From: Eledone cirrhosa
Taxonomy: Eukaryota
Reading direction: 5' to 3'
NCBI GenBank assembly: GCA_964016885.1
Contig: OZ024740.1
Span: 267,716,001 to 267,780,000 of the forward strand
DNA: 64,000 nucleotides
Shown piece by piece: positions 59,201 through 64,000 of the stretch (within the stretch, counting starts at the first letter, position 1; each line of letters begins with the position of its first letter). Position numbers and translations under genes: made by a program. Below the pieces are notes generated by a model. The model did not search any database. It was not told the DNA's origin and saw nothing but the letters and a program-made list of their open reading frames with translations.

Positions 59201-62200
59201 CACAACTACAGAACGAGACAAGCACTAATACCACACAACAACAGAACGGGACAACCACTAATACAACACAACAACAGAACGAGACAACCACTAATACCAC
59301 ACAACAACAGAACGAGACAACCACTAATACCACACAACAACAGAACGAGACAACCACTAATACCACACAACAACAGAAGGAGGCAACGACTAACACCACA
59401 CAACAACAGAACGAGACAACCACTAACACCACACAACAACAGAATGAGACAACCACTAACACCACACAACAACAGAAGGAGACAACCACTAATACCACAC
59501 AACAACAGAACAAGACAACCACTAATACCACACAACAACAGAAGGAGACAACCACTAACACCACACAACAACAGAATGAGACGACTACTCATACCACACA
59601 ACAACAGAAGGAAACAACCACTAATACCACACAACAACAGAAGGAGACAACCACTAACACCACACAACAACAGAACGAGACCACCACTAATACCACACAA
59701 CAATAGAAGGAGACAACCACTAACGCCACACAACAACAGAACGAGACAACCACTAATACCACACAACAACAGAAGGAGACAACCACTAATACCACACAAC
59801 AACAGAAGGAGATAACCACTAATACCACACAACAACAGAACGAGACAACCACTAATACCACACAACAACAGAAGGAGACAACCACTAACACCACACAACA
59901 ACAGAACGAGACAACCACTAATATCACACAACAACAGAACGAGACAACCACTAATACCACACAACAAGAGAACGAGACAACCACTAATATCACACAACAA
60001 CAGAACTGGACAACCACTAATACCACACAACAACAGAACGAGACAACCACTAATACCACAAAAACAGAAGGAATCAACCACTAATACCATACAACAACAG
60101 AACGAGACAACCACTAATACCACAGAACAACAGAACGAGACAACCACTAATACTACACAACAAAAGAACGAGACAACCACTAATACCACACAACAACAGA
60201 AGGAGACCACCACTAATACCACACAACAACCGAACGAGACAACCACTAATACCACACAACAACAGATCGAGACAACCACTAATACCACACAACAACAGAA
60301 CGAGACAACCACTAATACCACACAGCAACAGAAGGAGACAACCACTAATACCACACAACAACAGAACGAGACAACCACTAACACCACACAACAACAGAAC
60401 GAGACAACCACTAATATCACACAACAACAGAACGAGACAAGCACTAATACCACACAACAACAGAACGAGACAACCACTAATATCACACAACAACAGAACC
60501 GGACAACCACTAATACCACACAACAACAGAACGAGACAACCACTAATACAACAAAAACAGAAGGAATCAACCACTAATACCACACAACAACAGAACGAGA
60601 CAACCACTATCACCACACAGCAACAGAACGAGACAACCACTAATACCAGACAACAACAGAACGAGACAACCACTAATACCACACAACAACAGAACGAGAC
60701 AACCACTAATACCACACAACAACGGAACGAGACAACCACTAATACCACACAACAACAGAACGAGACAACCACTAATACCACACAACAACAGAACGAGACA
60801 ACCACTAATACCACACAACAACAGAACGAGACAACCACTAATACCACACAACAACAGAACGAGACAACCACTAATACCACACAACAACAGAACGAGACAA
60901 CCACTAATACCACACAACAACAGAACGGGACAACCACTAATACCACACAACAACAGAACGAGACAACCACTAATACCACACAACAACAGAACGAGACAAC
61001 CACTAATACCACACAACAACAGAACGAGACAACCACTAATACCACACAACAACAGAACGGGACAACCACTAATACCACACAACAACAGAACGGGACAACC
61101 ACTAATACCACACAACAACAGAACGAGACAACCACTAATACCACACAACAACAGAAGGAGACAACCACTAATACCACACAACAACAGAAGGAGGCAACCA
61201 CTAACACCACACAACAACAGAACGAGACAACCACTAACACCACACAACAACAGAACGAGACGACTACTAATACCACACAACAACAGAAGGAAACAACCAC
61301 TAATACCACACAACAACAGAAGGAGACAACCACTAACACCACACAACAACAGAACGAGACAACCACTAATACCACACAACAACAGAAGGAGACAACCCCT
61401 AACACCACACAACAACAGAACGAGACAACCACTAATACCACACAACAACGGAAGGAGACAACCACTAATACCACACAACAACAGAAGGAGACAACCACTA
61501 ACACCACACAACAACAGAAGGAGACAACCACTAATACCACACAACAACAGAAGGAGACAACCACTAATACCACACAACAACAGAAGGAGACAACCACTAA
61601 CACCACACAACAACAGAACGAGACAACCACTAATACCACACAACAACAGAACGAGACAACCACTAATACCACACAACAACAGAAGGAGACAACCACTAAC
61701 ACCACACAACCACAGAACGAGACAACCACTAATACCACACAACAACAGAAGGAGACAACCACTAATACCACACAACAACAGAACGAGACAACCACTAATA
61801 CCACACAACAACAGAACGGGACAACCACTAATACCACACAACAACAGAACGAGACAACCACTATTACCACACAACAACAGAACGAGACAACCACTAATAC
61901 CACACAACAACAGAACGAGACAACCACTAATACCACACAACAACAGAACGGGACAAGCACTAACACCACACAACAACAGAACGAGACAACCACTAATACC
62001 ACACAACAACAGAACGAGACAACCACTAATACCACACAACAACAGAACGAGACAACCACTAATACCACACAACAGCAGAAGGAGGCAACCACTAACACCA
62101 CACAACAACAGAACGAGACAACCACTAATACCACACAACAACAGAAGGAGACAACCACTAACACCACACAACAACAGAACGAGACGACTACTAATACCAC

Positions 62201-64000
62201 ACAACAACAGAAGGAAACAACCACTAATACCACACAACAACAGAAGGAGACAACCACTAACACCACACAACAACAGAACGAGACAACCACTAATACCACA
62301 CAACAACAGAACGAGACAACCACTAACACCACACAACAACAGAACGAGACAACCACTAATACCACACAACAACAGAAGGAGACAACCACTAATACCACAC
62401 AACAACAGAAGTAGACAACCACTAACACCACACAACAACAGAAGGAGACAACCACTAATACCACACAACAACAGAACGAGACAACCACTAATACCACACA
62501 ACAACAGAAGGAGACAACCACTAACACCACACAGCAACAGAACGAGACAACCACTAATACCACACAACAACAGAACGAGACAACCACTAATACCACACAA
62601 CAACAGAACGAGACAACCACTAATACCACACAACAACAGAAGGAGACAACCACTAACACCACACAACAACAGAACGAGACAACCACTAATACCACACAAC
62701 AACAGGAGGAGACAACCACTAATACCACACAACAACAGAACGGGACAACCACTAATACCACACAACAACAGAACGAGACAACCACTAACACCACACAACA
62801 ACAGAAGGAGACAACCACTAATACCACACAACAACAGAACGAGACAACCACTAATACCACACAACAACAGAAGGAGACAACCACTAATACCACACAATAA
62901 CAGAACGAGACATCCACTAACACCACACAACAACAGAACGAGACAACCCCTAATATCACACAACAACAGAACGAGACAAGCACTAATACCACACAACAAC
63001 AGAACGAGACAACCACTAATATAACACAACAACAGAACTGGACAACCACTAATACCACACAACAACAGAACGAGACAACCACTAATACAACAAAAACAGA
63101 AGGAATCAACCACTAATACCACACAACAACAGAACGAGACAACCACTATCACCACACAACAACAGAACGAGACAACCACTAATACCACACAACAACAGAA
63201 CGAGACAACCACTAATACCACACAACAACAGAACGAGACAACCACTAATACCACACAACAACGGAACGAGACAACCACTAATACCACACAACAACGGAAC
63301 GAGACAACCACTAATACCACACAACAACAGAACGAGACAACCACTAATACCACACAACAACAGAACGAGACAACCACTAATACCACACAACAACAGAACG
63401 AGACAACCACTAATACCACACAACAACAGAACGAGACAACCACTAATACCACAGAACAACAGAACGAGACAACCACTAATACTACACAACAAAAGAACGA
63501 GACAACCACTAATACCACACAACAACAGAACGAGACAACCACTAATACCACACAACAACAGAACGAGACAAACACTAATACCACACAACAACAGAAAGAG
63601 ACAACCACTAACACCACACAACAACAGAACGAGACAAGCACTAACACCACACAACAACAGAACGAGACAACCACTAACACCACACAACAACAGAACGAGA
63701 CAACCACTAATACCACACAACAATAGAAGGAGACAACCACTAATACCACACAACAACAGAACGAGACAACCACTAATACCACACAACAACAGAACGAGAC
63801 AACCACTAATACCACACAACAACAGAACGAGACAACCACTAATACCACACAACAACTGAAGGAGACAACCACTAACACCACACAACAACAGAACGAGACA
63901 ACCACTAACAGCACACAACAACAGAACGAGACAACCACTAACACCACACAACAACAGAACGAGACAACCACTAATACCACACAACAATAGAAGGAGACAA
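26300..64000. repeat. 33-bp satellite array (>37 kb, over 1100 monomers), runs off the window
   Basis: Consensus ACAACCACTAATACCACACAACAACAGAACGAG; recurrent point variants plus 30-bp and 31-bp monomers; degenerate left edge. Confidence 0.99.

Noticed and set aside
26290-63987. Giant ORFs (up to 2753 aa; Cys/Val/Leu-rich or Thr/Gln-rich) as real genes
   Set aside because: A 33-bp monomer is stop-free in four of six frames by construction; stops and frameshifts spread freely; no signal peptide or unique domain is present
26300-64000. CRISPR array or telomeric repeat
   Set aside because: Monomers are contiguous with no unique spacers and no cas genes; eukaryotic context; no TTAGGG-type unit

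Overview
Eukaryotic, AT-rich, repeat-dominated DNA, probably from an octopod cephalopod. That call rests on recalled similarity of the abundant tRNA-derived SINE and the long (TA)n tracts, not on a search. No intact host gene is evident. Bases 1-14.4 kb are a mosaic of mobile-element pieces sitting in (TA)n microsatellites: a decayed Tc1 DNA transposon, MITEs, RTE-type LINE fragments (one with a twin-priming-type inversion) and several Penelope-like (GIY-YIG) pieces. Manual reading of both strands found eight minimal type I hammerhead ribozyme (HHR) motifs plus two degenerate ones in this stretch. Two arrangements stand out: an ORF-less 466-bp near-perfect tandem unit with one intact HHR per unit (retrozyme-like, 13063-13958), and an inverted repeat whose arms carry HHRs of opposite polarity (3562-3885). 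Bases 14412-19810 are a full-length but frameshifted Ty3/Gypsy element with CsRn1-like hallmarks. Bases 20.5-25.4 kb hold SINE clusters. From about 26.3 kb to the window end lies a >37-kb satellite of a 33-bp A/C-rich monomer with multi-kb higher-order structure; its giant ORFs are artefacts. All coordinates and folds were worked out by eye.
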